Positions 20,901 through 28,900 of a DNA stretch of 64,000 nt are shown here, piece after piece. A program made the translations under genes and the position numbers. How positions within the stretch are numbered: position 1 is the stretch's first letter; the number at the start of each line of letters is the position of its first letter. The notes below the pieces were generated by a model. It made no database searches and had not been told where the DNA came from. It worked only from the letters and a program-made list of their open reading frames with translations. Source of the DNA: Giardia intestinalis (taxonomy: Eukaryota); the NCBI GenBank assembly GCA_000002435.2, contig CM018791.1; one strand, written 5' to 3'.

Positions 20901-22074
20901 CGCTGCGAAGTTCACGCTCAGAAGCCTCTTTTGCCGCCTGTGCAACTCCCAGCTCAGACTGAAGCTGGTGTGTGCGAATTCGCAGCTCCTGTGTAGCCAG
21001 GAAGACCTCGTCTGTGTCGATGTAGGCCTGGACTCCCTTAGAACACTCTGCATAGGATGTCTCAGGGTTTGTGTACGCGCTCTTCATCAGTGCACGAATA
21101 CCCTCCTGATAAGCAGTCGGGTGGGAGTAGAGTCCAGCTACTTCTTTGGTGCCATGAATCGTCAGCGCAAGAGCCTCGGCAGCGCCCTCTCCTACCTCAA
21201 GGATAATGTTGTGCCTGTCAAGATTATCAATGGACAGGTGCGAGCATGCAGATATGTTGCCGTTTGGATTGCTCGGGTGGGGGAAGCTATCTTGGGTAAG
21301 ACTACCGCTGAGAGCGAGGCTGGAATTGCGCCTACTGCTTTGTGCTTGCTGTGGCGTTGCCATAGGCTCTGCACTCTTCCCTGAACTGTCGGGTTTTCTG
21401 CCAAGCGCCTCTAACTGCCCTCGCAACTTGGAGATCTCCTTTTCTTTCGCATTCAGCTCATCCTTTCGTGTTGCGAGGCGTGCTTTACATTCAACCATCA
21501 GTTCGTTATGTTTGTTTTTATATTTGCTTAGAGTGCTCTTCATCTGGCGGTTTTCCTCCACCATCAGGTTTAGCTTACAGTTCATCTCTTCCAGCTGACC
21601 TTCATAAACAGTAAGATCTGCGTTCAATTTAGCATTAGTCTTTAACAGCTCTGCTCTACCGTCCTCCTGAAGAAGTTGTGGCACCAACTTAAGCAGTGCT
21701 CCCAACTTAGTGGAGCTGAACTCTTCTTTATTGTCATTGCTCTGGTCTTCTAGATGCGCCTGCTTCCAATCCTGTCTGTCACCTTTGGCGGGATAAGATA
21801 AAAACTCAGGAATGTACGGGGCATAATCAAATTCCTTCGTGTTCAGCCGCCGAAATGACTCTACTTCTAGCACTAGCTGTGTTTTTGTAAAGCCATTTCC
21901 CTCCAACCAGTCAAAGACAAACGCAAACTCTGCGTTACTTGACTGCTTGAAAAAGTTTGCCTGCTGGGCTGTTCGTTCTGCTTTTTCGTTAATGGAGAGG
22001 AACATTTTGAACATCCGCATCCACTCCGTGTTCTCTAGGCGTTGCATATAGCCTTGAACGCCATCTTGTGTCAT
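14908..22074 (-). CDS. Giant coiled-coil protein (~2388 aa from first ATG; track ORF 2462 aa from a TTG)
   Basis: 7.2-kb uninterrupted ORF. About 1900 residues have a continuous heptad, E/K/Q/L-rich composition. The C-terminal ~350 aa tail is S/T/P/Q-rich. The first in-frame ATG (22072-22074) follows AAAAATTCAAAAAT. The frame stays open a further 74 codons upstream to 22296, so the start is uncertain. Confidence 0.8.
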   Translation of the reverse strand: MTQDGVQGYMQRLENTEWMRMFKMFLSINEKAERTAQQANFFKQSSNAEFAFVFDWLEGNGFTKTQLVLEVESFRRLNTKEFDYAPYIPEFLSYPAKGDRQDWKQAHLEDQSNDNKEEFSSTKLGALLKLVPQLLQEDGRAELLKTNAKLNADLTVYEGQLEEMNCKLNLMVEENRQMKSTLSKYKNKHNELMVECKARLATRKDELNAKEKEISKLRGQLEALGRKPDSSGKSAEPMATPQQAQSSRRNSSLALSGSLTQDSFPHPSNPNGNISACSHLSIDNLDRHNIILEVGEGAAEALALTIHGTKEVAGLYSHPTAYQEGIRALMKSAYTNPETSYAECSKGVQAYIDTDEVFLATQELRIRTHQLQSELGVAQAAKEASERELRSVSQQLSDAVLQTDKLHEELRKANERRFNAERALGDVSAADRANEESIASLNGELSRAKAGQARLQSELAEATDTIETYAKRLKEKDAHLVQASSELGSLNIQIASLNSTCEALKQELDHLREQHASLSKSYESAQAQLAHHESNASVYERGKAQLTEGYERKCSGLASQIQELKHELQLQHDSFNTLREESLQIQKQHGKLTVEHNDLLTKLSLQESQLKQHSIDAERQAAERKELLNALAKEEEKARCLEVTYETLKAQYTDAYNYGLSLSETNQKLSEEIHQVRKSEANRREALQELEQKLAQSIQSFTQAQEQLSQRDVIISEQRQKVQELTQLNKKLEEDRDQLYREFEGFKASDDVITSQATKKQLMEREVELSSIKQKYNKLEHEHRAEISLLTAKNADLLASYEAIKAKSSELATSLKRLTDEKASALKAHIELEGELDKKMATISACQSELEESKRTVSKLQSAITTLQEDLTKAKRDGAEKVSRIGELELTIIRLENKDMELANANTTITSYKSTIQSLQEKLTRMEIDAGVQQQAYLDLEQQLSAFSESREDQTNAITRLQERNKTITVALSNAHKKYESLTASHEQLVAQYKALETDYTEATANKGLLEKARKEVEVVIGEKDAEIRQLVDRLTLAEESLRTQDAKMRQEIQSQSEEYLVMKHQYQVAAEQERRVMEEQIRKTEQDWKLKQETLESKVEDLQRQVEFERSRNDTLTASLMLVQPSQRTSEIGSQRKANTSDYPTTPTIGSPGIQTMTVKSVRNSVDEFQNAMPPKDNSRKSRSLNYVDDPVTVRSPQLAGSLPVKKTVARAQAVQCTILASTLQADLNNLIDEHNNLSSAFGALQTDYEEKCGFIVQLEQRVSVVSEEAAEKAMELERAKAEISRLSSEYYIADSLASELNHKVKALEDNNKLLTIKLQDANITESNTVIALEEKLKEKEDQYTVTLKEFNSLSIEYENTRCLLKEAEERWASEIREKGRLVDERETDLHSLFDKIVLLYNAYKLEYQLDSISIVSGGKAVTRSALATTSFVLTYSLNSEGLVGPLKAEGVGKSTSNYIKASSFNPFRSVSDGAALGGSMKQPTSQIVLAKSQKSVSFSTKEGDATESSWEKKEGEQSIILDRIAILRMLDVMIKKFDMVIQNLKTLNEQAILELKQAKAHSADMTAQYTKLSGEYSILLEQCADGDRERVSLQEKHQELSTAAEEAGILRKQLETLQENYQAAINGVAEAHAKMSEAEHEILRLSHANANLTSVVADQKQQIGGLNEKCTELLSSVQDKEALLLAKESELSLLAQQLAEKTARIVELEAQLLRIDGSESSMKQMVAEKNAALDLLKENLGIVTQEKVELTAKVKDLIDKLNSVTASFTKATRDISKMEMTVMEQESSLKTAEAEVSHLTAEKDALRAKGVKLQQENSDLVTKQIALQAEIERLQLWGETQKLDIARLTNDKDSLSSEYAAFKSASEEVSRDFETVRTELTACKVKLASCTEAQREIDLLKERLRDSEEDCRATADEMKFIAISKEKIEVELKQLRSQLDDMRMENEALNKQVANLNSDYITEQTRATRLESDLAIASNRIKILTEEKEELSMTVANQKEVLAQRQNLSKDLMESMTASGRSLKDQEDALEQIKETYEEELRKLSSELLRSTESKKRLTEEKAQLTQEITNLRMELREITQQNHDAHLSLEQQSSKHQLDLQTMMLDYDRRIQELQREKLGVETAVSLHVNEISKLQFENERLMERLAVLEAQTMHKQARVQFQSTPSSTLTPVPASGAFPPLPSAMRLSTTATVQQGLPQQASLPPHILHQQYPTNDAPVTLSALQSRTGGEIDSGLTISDSVVDLAGSASVTTSSLPPYRPITQANQATRLQAGNCAVGVKPAGKGAPQIDIYKDLDLPPDVNSLIETYANDNSSQISASINVIDVDTNLQELEVASSVLQPSLPNTLGVEEEGINVVDTVDILSNSHELCVDTDIDELIGKYT

Positions 22075-22153
22075 CAAAAGGGCGATTTTTGAATTTTTAC
22101 CATTCACTCCTACTGAACGATAGTCGATAACGACCGGCGGTCGCCTTCGCCTG

Positions 22154-22579
22154 CTAAGGAGCGCAGGCGCCAACTTTTTCACTGAGAGAATAAAGCTGCC
22201 GGTATATGGAGTTGAGATAGTCGGGATCGATACACCCCATAATTCGAACTGACGAGTCCGTGATGGTAAAGCTGGGACTGTGAGTGGTGCCTGCAATACG
22301 GTGGTTCAGGCAAATCATGGAGCTCTTCTCTGTTGGTCTATCTCTCCCGTTGAGCGTGAAGAGCCCTAACTCAGACAATATTACGTTGTAAAGTTTAAAT
22401 ACGTTGCACGGGTGAAGAGGCCCGTTTGCGATGAGATTATTAATCCGAGGCTGTGAAAACTCTAGCTTTGCGCCCCGAAAGTCCCTCACCACCTTTAGTA
22501 TGTCACGCAGACACTCCTTGAATGCATTGCACCAGGCATATACGGTGTCCAGCCTGTCCCCCTCGCAATCTACCACCAT
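22154..22579 (-). CDS. Short ORF with a calponin-homology (CH)-like N-terminal motif; separate small gene or frameshifted 5' part of the coiled-coil gene
   Basis: In the frame overlapping the coiled-coil ORF by 143 nt, TVYAWCNAFKECL...VRDFRGAKLEF resembles the start of actinin/spectrin-type CH domains (TFTAWCNSHL...DFRDGLKL). The frame is open from 22774. The first ATG is at 22579. There is no clear AT-rich initiator. Confidence 0.3.
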   Translation of the reverse strand: MVVDCEGDRLDTVYAWCNAFKECLRDILKVVRDFRGAKLEFSQPRINNLIANGPLHPCNVFKLYNVILSELGLFTLNGRDRPTEKSSMICLNHRIAGTTHSPSFTITDSSVRIMGCIDPDYLNSIYRQLYSLSEKVGACAP

Positions 22580-23077
22580 CTTCTTGTAGACTCGTAGTTT
22601 GATGTTGGAACTAGGGGTTATCAAAAGATAATTCTTTGCAAGCGCACTGTTCGGCGTGCTTAGTGAACCGTCCGATAAGGGGCTGTTGTCTAGGGGGTCC
22701 ACAGGATACGAAGCGTTGCGAAAATTCTTGGCGATGGATACGAAAGCGCTGGGTGTGAACTCTGTTGGCTGCACCTCGCCCGTTGGCTGGGTACTGGTGA
22801 TATCGAAAGTTAGGCGAAGGTTTCTGTGTGTTAGTCGTCATGCGAAACGTTCATACGTGATATTGACGAACCTGTTTGCCGTGCTCATCCTACTGTTTTT
22901 TATCAGCTAGTTTCAGCCCGATGGAATTAGAGTGTCTGGACTGACGTCTCTTTAACCACAATGGAGCATTTCTTCTGGTATAAACAGCTAGCTGTAGTAA
23001 CGCAGGACTCAGAGAGGTGCTGCATCCACTTGCTAAGATAATAACATGGGTTCACAGATCAAGGATGTACGGTGAAC

Positions 23078-25198
23078 CTAACACCGCTCCTCTGGATACT
23101 GAGAAAGAAGATTTACAACGTCGTAATGCTTTGCCGCCCTAGCTATGGAGAGGGCTGTACAGCTGCATGGGAAGAGGGAATCTGTAGATGTAGCTTTCAT
23201 CCCCTTTTCATAGTCTATGAGCATCTTCACCGCCTCTATTTTACCAGCTCGCGCGGCCTGCATAAGGGCTGTCTCACCAGTTCCAGTTTGCATCTTTGCC
23301 TCGCACTTAATGAGCTCGCTGATGATCTCCGTATTGCCTTGTTGTGCAGCGAACATCAGTGCTGTGTATCCTTTACCGCAGGAATAGCTTTCCGTCCCGA
23401 CTTCATAGGTGTAACAGTCGGTCGTCCGCATTCCTCCCTGGAGAGATACAAGGGCCTTCACTGTTTTGATGTCTCCAGACTTCACAGCCTGCATGAGAGC
23501 GGTGACACCCTTTTTGCTGGTGGGCTGAATAACCTCAACGATATTTCCAAATCCTGCCTTTCCAGCAATGATGAGTGCAGTGTCTCCGTTGGCATCTTTT
23601 CTACTCTTGATCCTGAGGTGCTTCTTGACGGTGGCTACGTCGCCCTTTGCAGCTGCACACATAAGGAAAGTCCACTTAAGAACATCCTTTTCGTGTTTGA
23701 TAAGACGCTTGACGATTGATAGATGACCATTTTCCAGTGCCATGTTGAGAGCTGACTGCCCTTTCTTGTCCGTTACACCCACTTCAAACCTACATAAAAT
23801 GGACACGGACTCTGCGTGTCCACCAAGTGCGGCATGCATGAGAGCAGTCATGCCTGTCTCGTCTTTGAGTCCAGACTCTTTGTTAGCAAGCATCCGGACG
23901 ATCTGCAAGTGCCCTCGCTGCGCAGCATGCATAAGGGCTGTCATTCCGTGTTCGTCACGCCTTCCTATGCTATTGCCCAGGCTCAAAAAGACCTTGATGT
24001 CGTTCACCTCGTTGTTACACGCAGCGGCTATCATTGTTGCATACTTAGGGTGGTTCTCATGCACTGAAGATTTCGCGAGTCGAGAAGGTGTTTCTGAAGA
24101 CACCCCCGTGTGCAACAGGTCAATGTTTGGACTGCTTGGAGACTCAGGCTTCGGTTTGGGTGTTGTATTCCGTGAGTTGTACGACGAGCAGGCACTCTTG
24201 AGGGACTGTATTTGTGCTTCTTGCTCCTCAATCTTGGACTGAGAGTTACTCAAAGTTACCCTGAGGGTTGCGCGCTCTGCCTCGAGCATTGCACACTTTC
24301 TTTCAAGTGTACTAATCCTTATTACAGAGTCATCGGTAGGCAGTGTCTTCCTAGCAACGCTCGTAGCATTACTTTTTAAATCTAACATATTCGCTAAGTC
24401 TATAGCAGAGAGGCGGTTGGTTGGATTCAGTACGAGAAGTCGTCGGAGTATATCTTTCAGAAAGCCATCAGCAATCTCACTGAGGTCCGGCCTCCAATCG
24501 CTAACGAAAACCTCCGTCGGCCTACAACCCCTTATGAAGTGTGGTCTACTCAAGCTGACCAGCTCATAGATGATGATTCCGAGGCTCCACATGTCAGAGG
24601 CCGTACTAGATTCTCCCCTCAAAAGCACTTCTGGAGCAGAGTAAGTTGAGCTACCAAAACCAGCAGGTGCACCCTCCAGAGCGCTCCTGCAGAGCCCACA
24701 GTCCGCCACAACAAAGAAGTTTGCGTTTTTGTTAGTTAATATGTTGTCTGTCTTGAGATTTTGATGAGTAAATACCGGTAGAGGTTCCCAGTTTTTACCC
24801 TGCTTATTTGGGTCATGAAGATAGGCAAGGGCAGAGGTGACGTGGTCGATGATAGTAAGAATAGTTGCCTCAGGTATGGGCCTTTTTTCTCGTTTGTGTT
24901 TCACAATCAAGGAAGCAAGGCTTTCGTGGTAGTGCCACATGGAAAGATAAACAAAATCATTAGCTTGTAGCGCCCAAAAATATTCGAGAACGTGGGGGTG
25001 ACTAACATGTTGAAATACGCAGAGTCTTTTAATAAGAACGTCTTTGGCATGCTCCTTCAATGTGTCCAGACGAATTTCCTTAATCGCCTGCTTCGGATCC
25101 TTTTTATATGTGTACACAGCGCCCAGAGAGCCCTCGCCAATGATCTCACCCAGGTTCTCTGACATCTTAGCGACACTATGGTCAACATTATTTGCCAT
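23078..25198 (-). CDS. NEK-like pseudokinase with coiled-coil linker and C-terminal ankyrin repeats (706 aa)
   Basis: Real ATG after TTTAATTAAAATAATTTTTAAAG. The kinase fold has IGEGSLGAV, AIKEI, SAPE and DCG, but the catalytic loop is HQNLKTDN (canonical HRDLKPEN). The catalytic Asp is replaced by Asn, so I predict it is inactive. A coiled-coil segment sits around residues 290-330. Then about 9 ankyrin repeats follow (TALMHAAQRGH, TALMHAALGGH, TALIIAGKAG...). Confidence 0.85.
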   Translation of the reverse strand: MANNVDHSVAKMSENLGEIIGEGSLGAVYTYKKDPKQAIKEIRLDTLKEHAKDVLIKRLCVFQHVSHPHVLEYFWALQANDFVYLSMWHYHESLASLIVKHKREKRPIPEATILTIIDHVTSALAYLHDPNKQGKNWEPLPVFTHQNLKTDNILTNKNANFFVVADCGLCRSALEGAPAGFGSSTYSAPEVLLRGESSTASDMWSLGIIIYELVSLSRPHFIRGCRPTEVFVSDWRPDLSEIADGFLKDILRRLLVLNPTNRLSAIDLANMLDLKSNATSVARKTLPTDDSVIRISTLERKCAMLEAERATLRVTLSNSQSKIEEQEAQIQSLKSACSSYNSRNTTPKPKPESPSSPNIDLLHTGVSSETPSRLAKSSVHENHPKYATMIAAACNNEVNDIKVFLSLGNSIGRRDEHGMTALMHAAQRGHLQIVRMLANKESGLKDETGMTALMHAALGGHAESVSILCRFEVGVTDKKGQSALNMALENGHLSIVKRLIKHEKDVLKWTFLMCAAAKGDVATVKKHLRIKSRKDANGDTALIIAGKAGFGNIVEVIQPTSKKGVTALMQAVKSGDIKTVKALVSLQGGMRTTDCYTYEVGTESYSCGKGYTALMFAAQQGNTEIISELIKCEAKMQTGTGETALMQAARAGKIEAVKMLIDYEKGMKATSTDSLFPCSCTALSIARAAKHYDVVNLLSQYPEERC

Positions 25199-25497
25199 GA
25201 CTCACTTTAAAAATTATTTTAATTAAAGAGATTGGAAGCGATTGTTTAGACCCAGAGAGTAGGCCAACGCATAAGTAGATCTCATCAGAGAGTCTCCAGT
25301 AGTCACCGAAGCCCGTCTGCTTGCAGTGATAGAAGCCGCGGGCTGGACTCCCAAGGGGTTTAAATGACGTGATCAAGTGCATGGACACGGCATTCACCTC
25401 GGAACACACAGTTCTGTACATTTTTTGCCCCTGATTCTCGGAGTACTTGAATTCAGAGAAGATTTGTGACTCTTAAAAAATTAGATTGTATAACAAA

Positions 25498-25896
25498 ATG
25501 TCAGCCAAAGTACCGCCAAATAGACCCGAGCTACTGGACACTCATGTGTGCTGGGAGGTGAAGACGGACTCTTTGGGCAAAGTCCTCAGGCTTCGCTCCC
25601 TGCCTGCTCCACTTTTGACAAGTAACTTCCTGGCTGTCCGTGGAGTGGTCGCTGCCCTAAGCTCTAATGGAAGGTACATAAAGCCAGAGGATCTTTCTAC
25701 GAATATCTTATCAACATCTCCGTTTTCTCGACCCTACTCCGGGTGCTTGTCTGCTAACACCAGAGCTTCGATTAACTCTCTTAACTCCCAAAGCTCCCCC
25801 AAAGACAAATCCAGGGCTCAGTCTACACCAAGTACAGCACCGGATATTGATGAATTAATGAACTGGTACACTTACCGTCGAGCTTGGCATAAGTAG
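25498..25896 (+). CDS. Small Ser-rich hypothetical ORF (132 aa); may be the N-terminal part of the following gene
   Basis: Real ATG with an AT-rich leader (ctcttaaaaaattagattgtataacaaa ATG). It ends at a TAG that is in frame with, and 39 stop-free nt upstream of, the 25936 gene. Confidence 0.35.
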   Translation: MSAKVPPNRPELLDTHVCWEVKTDSLGKVLRLRSLPAPLLTSNFLAVRGVVAALSSNGRYIKPEDLSTNILSTSPFSRPYSGCLSANTRASINSLNSQSSPKDKSRAQSTPSTAPDIDELMNWYTYRRAWHK

Positions 25897-25935
25897 CTGT
25901 CCACACCCTTATCAATTTTAAAAACCCTACTTCTC

Positions 25936-28900
25936 ATGAGGACTTCAGCTCTATGTCCTCTTCAGCCTATTGTGCGGCAATCAGATGCAGAACGGTCGCC
26001 CGTGGCACGAAAGTCACCTACCGTCCTTCCACCGCTTCGAGGTGTTGAGGCGATGAACTCCATGGGAGCGCGGCCAAGGCTTCCGTCCACCTCGCCTATG
26101 AGTCCTCGTGGCTCTAAATTATCTGAAAGGACACCTGATGATGACCGCAGCTCTGATTTGCAAAGGCAGGGATCGTCACTCTCCAAATTATCTGACTCCC
26201 TTTTTAAGGCCAGGAACGACTCTGTAAGGTGGCTCTTAAGCGACAACATGGAAATAGCAAATATAGACGACACATCCATGATTACCCCTAGTTGCCAAAC
26301 ACAGCCCCGTGAGGTGATTGTGAGCATACCGGGATACTTTTGTTATTGCAGCAGCTTTTCGCTTTTTATGTACAGGATCTTGTCCACTAAGAACGGCAGG
26401 GAGCCTGTTTTTCAATTGGTCCGGATCATCAACTTACCTGGGACCCACATCTTGTCATTGACTGCCGACAAGCAGACGATGCAGGTGGCCATCTCCAGCA
26501 TGGACCGCCGCATTCATCTATACTCCCTTGTTACAGGGGAGCCCACGCAAGATGTCATATTAGAGCTACAATCTCCCCCTGTCTCCATCAAGTTCCATCC
26601 CAGCATTCCGCATAGCTTGTTTCTCCTCCACTATTCAGCACAGAGCGAAGGAGAGCTTCGCCTACTTCACAGCATCACAGGAAAGTCCGTTGTCGTGAAG
26701 GCAGGCCTTGACAAAGCACTGGCACTGACATGCAGTCCATATAGCAAGGAACTAGCGGTCTCCTTTGAATCCGGAGAGATCTTTGTTATCGGACTATCTG
26801 CAGATGGAACCGAGGAGATCTATTCCCGTTCCTTGATTGCGGGTACCTTTACATCTAAGCTTCCAGACCTGGTTGCATGGAACTCCAAGCACAACGGTGC
26901 TAAAGCAAAGTCAGAAACTATCAAATCTAACATAAAGTACGTGCGCAAACTTTTAGACTATGTTTCCACGGTCTTGCTAAAGCCTGTCGAGCCCGTGTCA
27001 GTATCCTATGACCCCACCAATCATGAGACTCTGCTGGTAGTATTTGCGTTTGGGCTCCACTGCCTGTTCAACACTGCGACTGGCGACTGCTTAGTGATAT
27101 ACTTTGCTCGAGAAGGGAGACAGTTGGATACATCTAGGCTTAGGACAATCTTTAATATTGGCCTCATAGATACCACACTTAACAACGCTGACAGTAAGAA
27201 CATTTTCACTCCCGCTGGGACGCTTCCAAATGGGATTTCTTCGTGCATTTTTGTTCCTGGGCAGGCGGGAAGGTTCATCAGCACCGATTGTGACGCAGGA
27301 ATCGTGCGCATCTGGTCCGTGAACAATCCCCACGATCTGTCTGCGCGTCGTGTTGCTTCTACTGCACTATCTGGAGCATATATAGTAGAGTTGGATCCAT
27401 TTTTGCAAAATGAGCCCATAGCTTCTAATTGCCTTCCTACCGGCCTCACTGTCATCACCCCGACGACCACAACACTGTCTTCCTACGTAATAGCTCTAGT
27501 AGATTCATTTGGGGGCATATCGATTTATTCCAGTGACTTTCGTGCTCTTGTTCTAAGCATACCCTCGTCTCATTACGATAGGATTCTTTCATTGACCTAT
27601 GATCCCTTCAATCCTCTAGTATTTTGTACAGTAGGATGTGACGGGCTTGTCAAGCAATGGCGCACAGACTTTATAACAGAGCAGCACACAACTAGCGCCT
27701 CGGCGTTCAGTTGTAATAATAAGCAATACCAGCGGGTCTTAATACCGTACAACGGATCGGGACGCTTTAAGACGTGGAAAAGCAATGATCACGGGAAGAT
27801 TGCTGTGGCAAAGGCCCCTGCGTGTGTCTCGGTAATCTACGCGCCAGCAGAAGATCTACCGTACGTATTATGCTCATATATAAATGGTGACATACGCTTC
27901 TTTCAAAAGCACACTGGGCGACATACGTGCGACCTCATTTCTTCGTCTTCATTCTACGATTCAGGCCTCTTGATTCCCAAGAAGCACCACTTCTTCAGCA
28001 ATTATGACAAGGGGTTTCTCACCGGTCTATTCAGCTCCACCCTTAGGATCCCCCACGCGACAACCCTAGCCTGGTCTGATCTGAAGCCGCAGCTCATTGT
28101 CACCGGTTGGACGGATGGGTGTCTGCGTTTCTTCTTGTCTACCCGCGGTGTTCACGAATCAGTCGTCGATGCAGATGAATTGGTAATGTCTTTTCGACTT
28201 CTAGCCGTCTTTTCGGTTCCTTGGTTCTTCTCGGCACCAGATAACGACGGCTTCAGCATTCGTGCCACCAAATTCATTCCTAAGACATTAATCGTCGCTG
28301 CAGCCTTAGAGTCGGGCCATCTGCTATTCGTCAACGTGCGGCCGCTACTCTCAAAGACAATTCACTCTCTCTTTGACATGTGCTATGAATTCGACGCCGG
28401 CTTCTCGGCTGAATCCAACTACTCAGGCATAACTAACGATCAAGCAGCATTGGAGGCGGGCAAAAGTGACGCCCAAAACACAGACGAAAAGCTTTATAGA
28501 CAGCTTAAGCCTCTCTTTACAGAAACAGCTTCTGTTCTCGCTAATACTTCAAACATCTTTGTGTTTAACTTAACCATTTCATACAGATGCCACCTTGAGC
28601 ACAGGACAGTGATATTCCAGCACTCTTCGTACACCACGGCGCCCCTGCAACACCATGGTGGAACTCCAAGGAAGATCTGTTGCCTCGACATCCACCCACG
28701 TGCGGCGTCGTCGACTGACGCAGATGACTACAACCTGCTGGCTTTGGGGGATAACATGGGAGTAATGAGTATACTCCATATCGACTCTAATATTTGCACA
28801 GGAAACCTACCGGAGGGCCGCATTCTAATCAAGCACGTCTATACTTGTCTTGGAACCACCGGAAACCGTCCCACACATAGTCGGCGAGCGCCCTTAATTC

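Noticed and set aside
15998-21598. Many 60-176-aa ORFs on the plus strand inside the giant coiled-coil gene (e.g. 16205..16567, 20854..21384, 21206..21598)
   Set aside because: They are antisense to a long heptad-repeat CDS. The translations are Ser/Leu/Cys-rich low complexity with no start context, so they are spurious.
22296-22296. Track ORF start codons shown as M at 22296, 22774, 31990, 38128, 38122, 43604, 54172, 55852, 55901, 61534 and 63949
   Set aside because: Inspection shows these are TTG/GTG alternative starts used by the ORF finder. Genes were re-anchored to the first in-frame ATG with A/T-rich upstream context, so the reported 5' extensions are probably not coding.
22611-22841. 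76-aa ORF with a real ATG at 22841 (MTTNTQKPSPNFRYHQ...)
   Set aside because: It overlaps the longer CH-like frame and has a basic low-complexity product. There is no AT-rich initiator. I kept it only as part of the frameshift/overlap discussion, not as a standalone gene.
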